A stretch of 63,842 nt of DNA, counting the filler, from Platydemus manokwari (lineage: Eukaryota), in assembly GCA_037951405.1 (NCBI GenBank). It is 5 parts of 5 records of this genome, joined end to end, with 100 filler letters (N's around TTAATTAATTAA, not from the genome) between each part and the next. Parts side by side here need not be neighbours in the genome. Positions count along the whole stretch, not along the records: positions 42,379 to 54,718 come from JBBMOY010181118.1; positions 54,819 to 63,842 come from JBBMOY011312872.1; 3 more parts are not named here. One strand, given 5' to 3'. Position 1 is the stretch's first letter. Each line of letters opens with the position of its first letter. Positions 45,401 through 57,813 of this stretch are shown here, one piece after another. The translations under genes and the position numbers were made by a program. The notes below the pieces were generated by a model. The model made no database searches, was not told the origin of the DNA, and saw only the letters and a list, made by a program, of their open reading frames with translations.

Positions 45401-48400
45401 ACCGTAAATATCAACCTTTTTGAGCAGCAAAAATAATAAAATGCTATTTCTAAATTTGCAGACATAAAATATTGGCTCATTTTCATCTAAAAATAAATCC
45501 ATTGAATTGTTAGAAAAATTCAAAAAATATTACATAAAACTTGCTAGACAGTATTACAGAAGATAAAATTGAAATGAAAAGAAATTATCTTGAAAGTCAA
45601 TTTAATTTCAATTGATCACCATTGCATATGTAAATTAATCATCTAAATGGTTATAAAATATTTTAAAAATTTGAGAACCGTAAAACGAGAGAAAACAATG
45701 AGAGAGGAATATAAATTTGAAAATTATGCATCTATTTAAACATTGATCAAGCATTATAATCATTGTCATATTACAATATGATATTAATCAAAAGCTTGTG
45801 TAAATTGGACTACACCACAATTTCTCTTAAACCAAACTTGTCTAAACAATCTATACTAATTAATTTTCTTACGAATTTGATATTGCACAGATAATATCAT
45901 GTGACTAACCTTTTCAATTAATTAAATTATCGATTATAGGTAAAATCATGTTGTATTTTAACTTTCAAAGTCCTATTTCACTCATCATTTCCTTGACAAC
46001 ATTTTTCTGTGGTTTAATTTTACAATGATATATTACTTTTATATGTTTGTTAATATCCCATTTCCAGTTTGACCGATGACCACATGCAGAACATTTGAAT
46101 CGTTTCCAATGCTCTTGATGGGTGTTTATCAACCCAGTATTGTGTTCTTTAAATTTTAGTACTTCATTGTTTGGCAATTTGGAAGAAGTGAAAATCCCGT
46201 TGACATTTTTGAATGATTTATCCATATCGAAAGGATTAGGTTTGGTTGGAATCGGAAATTCGAATTCGCCGTTTGGAATAACGATATCTTTAACTGTGGA
46301 ATGAAACGCCGGTGTATTGAGAGGATTTATTAAACTCATATTAGATGATGCCGTTGTGTTAAGATTCAGTACACTCGATGATGGCAGAATAGGATTGGTA
46401 TGCAAAAAGTTGTCCGATTTTATAGGTGCTCCAATAAATTGCGGATGTAAAATGGAATTCGTCATAATTGGTGCCGGGGGTGGCAAAATTCCATTGATGT
46501 TGCTAAAGAATCGACTAACAAAATCATTGAATGAGAAATTGGTTTGTGATCCCATTACAGATAGAAGTTCGTTTTTCATTCCTTGAATAAAACCCGGAAT
46601 AGGTTGTTGAGGCTATTATATTCAACAGTTTCATCAAATTTATTTTATAAAGTTTCATTAATAATATTCATGCTTAAAATGGATTAAAATATTTTTTCAT
46701 TCAAAACATTCAATATTTCACTACAGATGCATTGCAAAATCTCCATTAACATGTATTGACAACGTAAAATACGTAATGATTTCTACCACTAACCGTTTAT
46801 TGATTGGAAATTTCTAAATTTGATATTTGCTAAATATATATAACAAATTTATAACGACAGTTTGACTGAAAGAAACTTTAATTTCATAAAATAAAATAAA
46901 TAATTCAATAGAAAAATAATTATTCAAAAAAATATGTTTCAGTTTATTAAGTTATCAAATAATTATTGTCTTTATCTAGATATGAACGGATTACGCAATG
47001 CTAAAGATCTGACCTGTTTCAATTATTGAGTGAAAAGATTTACTGTGTTTTCACAGAAGACTATCTTATCACTTATAGATTGTGTGTTTGTGAGCATGTA
47101 ACTTTCGAAATCACAGCATAAATTTAATCAGTAGAAATACGCACACGCAATATCAATACAGAAATTACCATCTTTGTTAATCGATACAGGTAGTCGTTTA
47201 ATTAAATAATGATAAAAATATTCACGAAATATTAACATTTATTTTAAAAAATAAATATCAATACTTACCGCTATATCAGGTAAACTATTAATCTCGGATG
47301 TAGCTTTCAGGATAGAATCACTAATCGAAGTTGTTGATTGGAATATTTGATTATTTGTTGTTAAGATTGGTGAAAAACTATTTAGAACACTCAAATTTAT
47401 TGGGTAATTCAATATATCTAACGAATTGCAATTTGATGTCAAATTCAGTCCCATTTCGTTTTGAGTTGTATGTTGATCATTGTTTTTTTTTTCATCCGAA
47501 GTCGAAAATGTAATAGCATTAAAACTTATTCCATGACAAGTCTGTTGATGGTCCGATAGAAGTTGTTGTTTTGTTGCAATAAAGTTACACATGTCACATT
47601 TGAAGGATTTTGTTAATTCTTCTGATTTGGTTTTGTCAATAACCATTGATATAATATCGTTAACATGGTCTTTATTTTGACTATTGGTCACTTGAGTATT
47701 TATAGTATCAGTTGCGAGATCTTCATTAATTTCCTTGATATCGGTTCCAGCATTGTTTTTGTACTGTGACATAATAGAAGCAAGTTCCTCTTCAGAATTA
47801 AAATGCCCTCTGTGGTGTGATTCAATGTGTCTCTTGAGGTCACCTTTCCATGCGCTCCTGTATTTACAGAATACGCAACCAAATGGTTTGACTCCCATAT
47901 GTAATCTGCGATGTCGCTTCAGTTCACTTTGATATTTTGCTACATACATACAGTAGGAACATTTATAACTTCCAGCTCTTGTCTTTGCACCATCTCGGCT
48001 AGATTTCTGAAATCCGTGAACTTCACTTAAGTGTGCTGCTAAATCACCATGCCATGGAAAAGTTACGGGGCAAATATTACATCGATATCTTCGACGAGAA
48101 TCTGAAATTTGCTTGACCTGTTTATTTGATGTTGAACTCAAAGGTGACCCACCGTCTCTAGATTGACTATCTGTTGCACTATTTGTGTAAAATTCTGATT
48201 TCATTTCTAAAACCACACAGTCATCAATATTTTCCTGCTTGATCATTGTAATGTGAGACTTCGTGAGCTTGTTATTGTCTTCCGTTTGAATGTAGTTATT
48301 ATTTTCACCGTGTTCTTGTTCCATATGAGAGTCCAATAATTGTATACTTGAAGTAGAATAATTGCATTGAGGACAAATGCTCAAAACTGAATCATCTGTA

Positions 48401-48590
48401 ACAGACATGTTTTCTAAACAACTAAATTTAATAAATTTATTAAAATTTTAATTTGAAAGCACCTCTGTCTTCGAAAATTGAACCTTGAGAAGAATTAATA
48501 AATTGATTTGTTTCACTCTAGAAAAAAAGGAAAATTAATTCCTTCATATGGCAAAACTTTATTTACTGATAAATTGCTTTCACTTTTCAT
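42495..48590 (-). CDS. Multi-C2H2 zinc-finger protein (~1299 aa, 18 dispersed fingers)
   Basis: Exons: complement(48567-48590, 48463-48517, 47269-48413, 46037-46612, 44630-44805, 42893-44584, 42495-42726) = 3900 nt, all GT-AG. Splicing completes three split fingers (HIK|VAH, CGHR|SNWKWD, NHE|LMH). The first two small exons are less certain; ATG 48408 is the alternative start. Confidence 0.9.
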
Positions 48591-51500
48591 AGAAATTTGA
48601 AGTATCGAAATATAAAACTAAGGAGTGGATTTATTGAAACTTTTCTTGTTAGATTGAACACATTAACATGAGAATCTTTCACCTTGAAGTTATTAGATTG
48701 TGTAAAAATACGATGTCTATTAAATTTATAATACTTGCGTGTATGTAATTTTAGCCAACTATAATTGGTCAACTAGTTGGTTGTATGTTGTATCCATTTC
48801 TTTTATCAGCGCACGCTTCTCATACTGGTTGGTAGCGTATGTCAAGAGGGCCGAATATGAGAGATAATAATTCTGTAAATTCAGGAAGAGACGCGTTGTG
48901 TTATTTTATATTAGTGTTATTATATTATTAAACTGATAATATGTGATTATCTCTACTACAACACTGTCATACATTATCAATTTCAAATCATATACTTATC
49001 GAATATTTTCAAAGAGCGAAGTTCAATTTGCTTTTATAAACAACTATAATATTTATTTTAGTGTTTATTTAAGTCAGTTTCTGAGTCAAAAGAAGATAGA
49101 GAAATTTCGTAATAGTTTAAACAAATTTCTAGTCAGCGATATTATATAATTCCATTACCATGGCTGATTTTGAAGTGAATAGAAATTTATAAAATATTAA
49201 AGTATTCAATATATGCGGAACATGTGATGACTATTAATTTTAAACCTTTGGTAATTCTGAATTGACCATCTCTGATTAATAACCAGTTCAAAATCATTGT
49301 TGTTATAAAGATAAAAAATTTCAGCGATATGACGATGTCTTTTCTTTGTAAATCAAGATAATAAATACATGTAATACCAAATACCGCGTGTAAATGTGCA
49401 CATTATACAGTATTAATATTGTTGCTACTTGATGATAACAATGTACAAGTGTTTTTTAATAAATTCTATTATCAGAAAATTGGCTCTGAATACAAAATGT
49501 TTGACATCCATTTTTACCTATAGTAATCTGCATTGTTTTATTGTTCGATTGAATCTGGTCAACCAACATACCAACATATATATACATGCATTCAATATCG
49601 AAACCAAATATGTATGCATACAAAACTATGGAGCTTACATGTTAACAAGTGGCTCAATCGCTTATCCATTATAATAAATAGAGAACCACAGATTTCGAAT
49701 AGATTATAGATAATGTAGGAAGGAAATCAATTACCGTACACATCAATACCACTGATGATTTGATTTCTTATAATGTAAATCGACCTAATCAATGGCATAT
49801 ATACCATTCACATATTGTTCCACCGAACGGAGGTTAACAAACCAATGCAAACTAATCATATATATGCATTTAACACACGACCCACTTATTTCTGATCTTA
49901 TTATTGATTTAATTTTAAGAGGCTGCGATTATGTGAATAGAATGGAATAAGCATAAAAAACATTTGAACAGTAATCTATCTGATACAGAATGTTGAACTT
50001 TGATATTTGTTTCAAATATAAAATATTGATGTTTCTGTTTCTATTATAAAACGATACTAAAACATAAATATAAATAAATATAAAAAAAATACAATCGATA
50101 CTTTTTTTTTAATAATTTCCTTTTATTATTTATTAAATGAAAAATTAGTGAATTTTCTATGAAAATTATTATAGATGTTTTAAACAATTCAATGTCTATT
50201 CATTAAGATTAATTTGCACGACTGTGTGTTCATTGTATGCATAGAGCAAATGTAATGTAAATAATTCATAAGAAGATACAAAGCGGATATGCCACAGAAC
50301 GGATGTTTAATGAAACCAGCTTTGCTCCTGGTGGTAGTTCTGACTAGAATTGGCTTGTGCTAGTATTAAATAGTCTTAGTAGTAGCTTTAGATTTATCTA
50401 TGATTTTATTATTTTTACATTTTATCATTTGCGTAGAAACCGATTTATTTTTTTTTAATAAAGTTTTCATTTGTTTAATATTTCTATGATGAATGCTTGA
50501 GATCTGGACATTATTATTTTTAATTTTCTTTAATATTCTTGTCTATATTTATAAATTATTTGATGAACTTTAAAATAAATCTGGTTTCAAAAGATCGCTT
50601 TTCATCAGTATTCCTGTATATGAGTCAAATAGGATATTTTTAAAGAAATTTAAAATTATGCATAATTGGTTAATCTAGGAATAATGATAAGGAAAACGTT
50701 TCCTATTCTTATGAATCAAAATCAAAATCTTGAATATCTAAACGAAAATCAAAATTTTCACTATTAAAAGTCAAAAACCACAATTAAGCTGTTCGTTCAC
50801 TGATTGCCCTTTCTCATAAAAGCAACAAATCATTCCGGTGGCTTATTATCAAACATCAATATAAAGATGTTCCGGAACATGTTTTCAATTTTTTATCCGC
50901 AATTTGTAAGTTCAAGATAAGAAATCTATTAGCTTAAATTATGCTGCATCATTCCTGAAAAAAACTTTGTTTACTTCAAAATTTATACCTCATTTCTACT
51001 ATTTTTTATATCCATTGGTACCTTTTCGATTGGTTTATCGTTACAAATGCACCATCAATGTTGCATAAAATGTGTGAGATATTTCAAATGAATTTTACTT
51101 AAAATAAATTAAATTTTATATGAATTAAAATTTAAATTCTAATTTAATTCTGATTTAATTTATTTGTTTAAAAACTTGTATAAAATAAATTTGTGGTGAC
51201 TTGACTTTTCAGTTCGTTTTTAATGTGTGGTTTTTAAAATAGTAGCGGCTAACAAAATGGATTTATTTTAATTATGAATAACAAATTTCTGAAACGAAAA
51301 TATTTTCATGCGAAATTAGTCAATTGAACAGATGAGCAATATTTTCCATGAAGAAAATCATTGGATTTTAAGGATCAATACATTCACTACAGTTAGTTAG
51401 ATTGCATTTTTAGCAATAAGATTATTGTTTTGGCAATTATTGTTTTTTTGATTTTTGTATATGATATTTTTACCTATATGTTAGAGCACTATAATTTTGA

Positions 51501-51916
51501 TTATTTTTTTAACAAAAAATTTACAAACTTAACTAGACATTAGTAAAAATATTAAGTCTTCTGTATTTTCCAGTATTTTTTATGTTTATTATTTTTATTA
51601 TTAAGTTTGTCTCATATTTTATGAAATTTAAGAATAGTTTGTAATAATATTTAATAATTATAACATTTGATATTTAAGTGTAATACCATTGTTTAAATAT
51701 ATCAATTACGTATCCTAAAGTTTGAATTTGCTTAATCATTTAGATTTTAAACTGGAAATACGTAAATGATACATTTTATATATATTAAAATAGGATAATT
51801 ATTATTTCCAAATTCAAGTTAAATTTTTATCTTATGTCCAAAAATTTATTTGAAAGTTTTTTTATAAAGGTTTTTTTTACTTATTTTTGAATGATTTTAA
51901 TTTTTTTAGAAATTCA

Positions 51917-52020
51917 TAAGGTATATTGAAAATGTATTTATTGGTTAAAAATGATCAGATATTCATAAATGTTAAAATTTTAATGGGGTAAATTTTGTTT
52001 GGTTGTTGATATACCCTTAA
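51917..52020. mobile_element. Possible short Kolobok-like MITE
   Basis: TAAGGTATATTGA ... TTGATATACCCTTAA are imperfect inverted ends with TTAA-like flanks. Confidence 0.3.
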
Positions 52021-52820
52021 AACTAAGGTACTGGCGAGGCTTAGCAGAGCAGAAATCAACTTCCATTTGTATTTAAATTTATTTAAACTTGACAAATTCA
52101 TCGATTGTTGTATCCAAATTGCGAGTAAAACGAAATATATTTTTATAAAACTGTTTACATTGTTTGATATTTAATTATGAGCTTCATATTAAAGTTTCAC
52201 GGTAGTCATTTGTATTGCATTTTGATGAGTGTGATGTTTTATTTCAACTTTTGAATCGGTTAATGGTGTAATATGTTGTGGTATTCTGTTGTTAATTGAA
52301 GATCATCTTTAGTAGTGATTATCCAATCTACATGGCGTTTTATTGTTGGCAGATTGTGATATTTATTTGCAGAGAATTTTTATCTATGTTGACAATAAAT
52401 CGTTAAGTCATTGATTGGTCTTATATTTGATTCGTTTCCATTATATCTATAGCAACTGAGCACAGATTCTGTCTTTGTAATTCCAATTAGCCATTGGTTG
52501 AACATTATGTTCGAGATCTGAAAGAATCTAGCCATCATGAGTACTGAGTTTTGTTTTGCTACTACATAATGGTTATTTCAGTTCACAGTTATAAAATCAG
52601 TCAACCATATCATATTCATGAAGGCAACAAATTATGCTTTCTAGATTAATATTTTATTAAAACCAAATTATATTTATAATTGTTCGAAAACAGGTGTCCA
52701 GTGCATTACATGCAAATCGAATGCAAATCTAAGTCGGTGGTTTCTCACTCTATATTTCCCGACTTGATTAATCAGGTGTGAAAATAAAACTCGCGAATGT
52801 TTAATTCGCACTTCTCTGAG

Positions 52821-53380
52821 ATTTTTAAGTGAGCAACACGTGTATAACAAATACTACTGCGATTTCTTATATTTCTGTAATTATACAATTTAAAATGTGA
52901 CATCCCAGATTGGTTTTGTCGTCTGAATATTTTATATCAATGATATTTTCATTATTTTTATATCTTTGGCGAATTTACAATCAATCTCAGAGTTCAAGCT
53001 CATCTAATATTTCCATTGCGTGTAAAATCATCAATTATTCTTAACATCAGCTGTCCAATTAATCTTCAGTTACCGAGTTATGCAAAACATCACTGATTGT
53101 CTTGATTTTCAGTTTGTTCTGATTTATATGAAGTTTCGTTTCAAATTTTTTTAAGTAAGTAGGCATCACGTGTATAACAAGAACTACGGCGGTTCATTAT
53201 ATTTCTGTAATTATATATTTTAAAATGTGATATCCCAGATTGGTTTTCTCATCTGGTTATTTTATATCAATCATTATTATTATCAGCTGTCCAATTAATT
53301 GTCTTATCTTCAGTTACCAAGTTATGCAAAACATCACTGATTGTCTTGATTTTCAGTTTGTTTTGATTTTTATGAATTTT
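52821..53380. repeat. Diverged tandem duplication with a 330-bp period; second copy internally deleted
   Basis: CACGTGTATAACAA occurs at 52837 and 53167. Shared blocks include ATCCCAGATTGGTTTT and GTTATGCAAAACATCACTGATTGTCTTGATTTTCAGTTTG. Confidence 0.9.
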
Positions 53381-54224
53381 AATTCGGCTGCTATAGCTCC
53401 AAACTTGTTGATAAAACTGTCGAGAATATGAAAATTATATTTTATTTTGAGATAAATTAAGGCGAATTCTCAGTAATAATTTCGTCAAGTTTACATAAAT
53501 TGATAAGCATTCATATCAGCTTCTCACTGATTAAATTTATAAAGAATTGCTGACATTTTAAATTGTTGTATTTTCGAATTAATTTCTGAACCGATATTAA
53601 AGACTAAATAATCAATATTTTTTGACTTCGTCATTTCGTCAAATTTAATCAATGAAATTTGATTTGATTATTAATTATTATTATTTTCTCAAGTTTAAAT
53701 TTACTCATTAAAATAATATTCCTAGTCAATTAAATAGTTATCGCACTTAATATGTACAAGCTGATTATAAAGTAATCGTGCAAAAATAAACTATTGCACC
53801 TTGTTAATAAAATGATCACTCTCGTCAGTTAGGTTGAGTCAATAGGACATATATCAGTTAGAGATAGAATAGAACTAAAGAAGAAAGAAGGCAAGAGGAA
53901 GGGGAAGCAATTACAGATGTATCTGAAAGCAGATGGTAGACGGTGGAGTAAAATTGATTTGCAACGGTACAAATATTGAAATGTTGTGGGTTTTGGTGCA
54001 TCAATAACAGTAATGAAATCATGTCTAATTAAAAAAGGATCCCAATAGTTTAGAACAGCAAAATTCGAGTAAAGGAGATTATCATAGTCAAAGAAATTTC
54101 ACCAGGATTTATAAGTGGAGTTGATATGACGCAGAATTGCTGAATATTTCTTACAGGGATAAAATATATTACAGCTCCGTCACAAAAGTGAGGAAGGTTT
54201 TGGAAACCCTAAGGAACAATTATG

Positions 54225-54718
54225 TACACCTTCAAATTTGGCTTTCAATGATCTAAACAGAGAGATGATTTTAGGCACCGACACTAGTTTCTGATCGATT
54301 GGAAAGAGTAATAGTCTATGGTTCTAGAACTCTTAACAATCATGGAAAAGGCTAATGCGTCACGAGGTTTTGGCAATCCACGAGTTTACTACGCATTTCA
54401 AACATTATCTGTTGGAAAGAAATTTGTGACTTCCACATATCACAAAGCCTTGACATACATTTAGAAAACTAACAAACTGATTAGCAATCAATTTCAAACA
54501 TAGTTCGCAAAATTATCCGGTATCAATTTCGAACTTCAATATCGGAAAGGATCAGATTTTGGAAATGCGAATGGACTCTCAAGGATAGGCGAAACATTTT
54601 GTTCACAATGCTTACTCAGCTTACTCAGATGTCAAAGAAGATAAACCAAAAAGTCGGTTTATTAATGTTGTCGAGCATTCAATTGCAAATAATGACGAAC
54701 TAAGAAAGATTCAACAAG
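54225..54718 (+). mobile_element. Ty3/Gypsy RNase H relic, truncated by gap
   Basis: Translation with stops and frameshifts: PSNLAFNDLNREMILGTDTS..IG..RVIVYGSRTLN..CVTR..VLAI..FKHYL.GKKF..YHKAL..LQYRKG..NANGLSR..CSQC. Confidence 0.9.
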
Positions 54719-54818
54719 NNNNNNNNNNNNNNNNNNNNNNNNNNNNNNNNNNNNNNNNNNNNTTAATTAATTAANNNNNNNNNNNNNNNNNNNNNNNNNN
54801 NNNNNNNNNNNNNNNNNN
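54719..54818. other. Artificial scaffold spacer
   Basis: 44 N + TTAATTAATTAA + 44 N. Confidence 0.98.
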
Positions 54819-54828
54819 GGTGTGTGTA

Positions 54829-54862
<34 letters not shown>
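54819..54862. repeat. (GT)n microsatellite at contig end
   Basis: Interrupted GT dinucleotide run next to the gap. Confidence 0.95.
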
Positions 54863-54864
<2 letters not shown>

Positions 54865-55505
54865 CATACACAAATACCCCAAGTTTATTAATGGTGAATA
54901 AACTCCTACTAATTATAGTTGAACTCACCCAATCGTGATTAGATATTGTTAACAGTGAATTTTGATATTAGCAGCCAATGTCTTGGCAAAGACTCTTGGT
55001 AACAACTTTTTATTGATTATTGTTAGTGGCATCGACAATCAAATTATTTAAATAAGTCACCAGCATAACATTTTTTCAAACTAAGTTTCTACTAAAGTGT
55101 ATTCAAGGAAATTTTAAATAAAGTTTGTCTTCATCACATTCATCAGAATAAATTTCAAATCCATATATATATATACGTGTGTGTGTGCCAATCTCTGTCT
55201 GTGTGTTTGTCATTATATAAATTCTTCTAGAAAAATCATGTACCAATTAATTTTTAAAATCAATAATATATTTTCTGTAATAATTGATTTTTTGACAATC
55301 CTCGCAATTGCACCATGTTTTCTCTGTCGACGTTTCAATTGTGATTTCAAGCTCAATTTTTTATGTTGACCATAAATGAAATATATGTTTCTTAATTTCC
55401 TGGTTTCGAGAAAACTAAAATTTAATAAAAATCAAAAGCAAAATCGATAAAGTGAAATATTTATTATAAAAATTTCATTCAAATAATTTCAAAATTAAAA
55501 TTTTA

Positions 55506-57199
55506 TCATGAATGCCTATTTGGTAAAAGTTGAGTCAACATTGTCTCATAAACGACAAAAATAATCCCACTGGCTGGAGTCACTCGAATGAGACTTGGTA
55601 AAAGACCTTTGTAGAATCCTAATATTCCTTCGTATCTGCAATAAACAGAGATGAATTGATTAAGCGAATTATCAGCTGGCAGTTACTTCCATAATTGCCA
55701 AATCACATCTTTCAAGCCGAGATATGTTCTATGTTGATCTTGTAATCGCGACCGGACCACTTGATATGGATATGTGGATGACGCAGCGATCAGTTTCGAG
55801 ATGCAACCAAGCAACATATATTCCCATGACGACTGAAAAGGACAAATCCCAGTAACAATAATATTGTCATCACAAATAGGTAAAACGTTTTCAACATGTC
55901 GAAATCGATAAATACTCAATAACACGGTGATAATCAATAATCAAGTGTTTCATGAATGCCATAGTTATCGCTGTGAAAACCATCCATCTTAAATTTCACC
56001 GACGAAGGTGTTCATTTCATTCGTAGTTAGCATCAAACATAAAATCACTCATTTAGAATTAACCAATCAAATCACGAACAATTTTAATTGGCTAGCTATT
56101 GTGTACTTAATAATTAGACTTTGAAATGTACAATTTTCGTTATTGATCTATGAGATGTTAATGGCGATTGGTTGAAAAGTGCATTCTATTGACTGTCATC
56201 CATTGAAACAAAGGTCACAATAATATGACAAGAACTCAATCAATAATCGAAGGCGCTTTATGAGCATGATAAAATTGGAATTGGTTTCATATATGGAGAA
56301 CAAAATCAATAAAATCTCAATCAAAATGATAACAAATTCCAATGTTGCTATTGGAGACATGATTGGTAAAAAGAAATTTCTATGATAAAACATGAAAACT
56401 AAACAAATTTTTACTAATTGTGCATTGATTTCTTTTTTAAGATACCAGCGAGAATAGAAATTTTTCATACTTTCGTATGAAACAAATTGAACCGTACCAT
56501 GAGTGGTACCCAGCAAGCCTGGTAGAAATCCCTTATATAAGCCACCAATGCCTTCGGTGCGAAATGTTTCCCGTAAACAGTTCACCATTCCAGTGTAGCC
56601 GCTATTACGAATAGGAACTTCCAATTCTTTACCGTATTGCAAACACAATCGAGTTTTTGCCACCCAAATTGGATTTGTAACCACTAAAGTCATGGCTCCT
56701 AAAAAGAAAATTAATAATATAATTAAAATAACAGAGATCATCACCCGATGATGTGGCCATAACCATGTATTCTAGCTTTGTCAATTCTTGTTTTAAATCG
56801 CCCTTTTGACGATATCTTTTCATTGCATTATAACTAAATGACTTCATTATTAAAGTTAATTTATATTCAAATTACATAATGAAATACAAGCCCCACGAAC
56901 AACCTGATCCAACCATATTAGGTGCAACACCTTGATATAAACCAGTAAAACCTTTATGCTTGAATATTCTTTTAAATGCATCAATAATCCCATAATATGA
57001 AGGTCTGTATGATATTAGTAAAATTCAAGCGTTAAATTTCGTTGCAATACCTCATAGCTACTCCTGTTCCTTCATGAACTTGAAAACGTATTTTTATCAA
57101 ATCCAGTGGGTGCAATATCAAAGTTGAAATTACACCTGCTGACATGCCACTGACTAAATGCTCCCACTGAACAATGGAATAATTTACTGAATTTGACAT
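55506..57199 (-). CDS. SLC25A32: Mitochondrial folate/FAD carrier, 308 aa
   Basis: Exons: complement(57051-57199, 56876-57004, 56745-56833, 56415-56698, 55687-55832, 55506-55635) = 927 nt. The three carrier signatures are [25 protein letters not shown] and [20 protein letters not shown] and RVTPA are typical of SLC25A32. Confidence 0.95.
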
Positions 57200-57813
57200 T
57201 AAAAACAGTCGTGATTGTTAAATTAATTTAATCAAAGAGATATTCAGTTTTATTAATCATATGTTAAAAATTTTAAAATGGAACGGCATGCTTATATCTA
57301 TAAATTATAATTTACAACATTTAAACAAGACGAAATTATTAATTTAAGATAATTGTTCATCTACCGAGAAATTCACTGGGCATTTTCATAAACATGAAAT
57401 TAACCAATGAATTTCTTGTACTATGTTCACAAATCATTTTTATGAAGATAAAACATTCAACTAAAGAAATTTTGTGGGCCAGTATAATTAAATTTACAAT
57501 CAAGACCACAGAATTTCTCTAATAAATTAGTTTATTAATAATTAAAATTGTAATTTACTTTTCAGAGACATTGAAAGACAAATTATGAAACTATCAACCA
57601 AAATAAGTGCCTTATATAATATCTCTCACCTAATCACAAATTAATACCTATCAACTTAAAATATCCGATTTCAACAAATCTGATAGTGATGAAAGCATAA
57701 CATAAAGTCTTGATAATAATAAAATTATAAATTATAATAAAAAGATGGAAAAATGTTATTAAACATGTAATTGCTAAATCATGAAACAAGATGAACTGTA
57801 TCTATACAAATAA

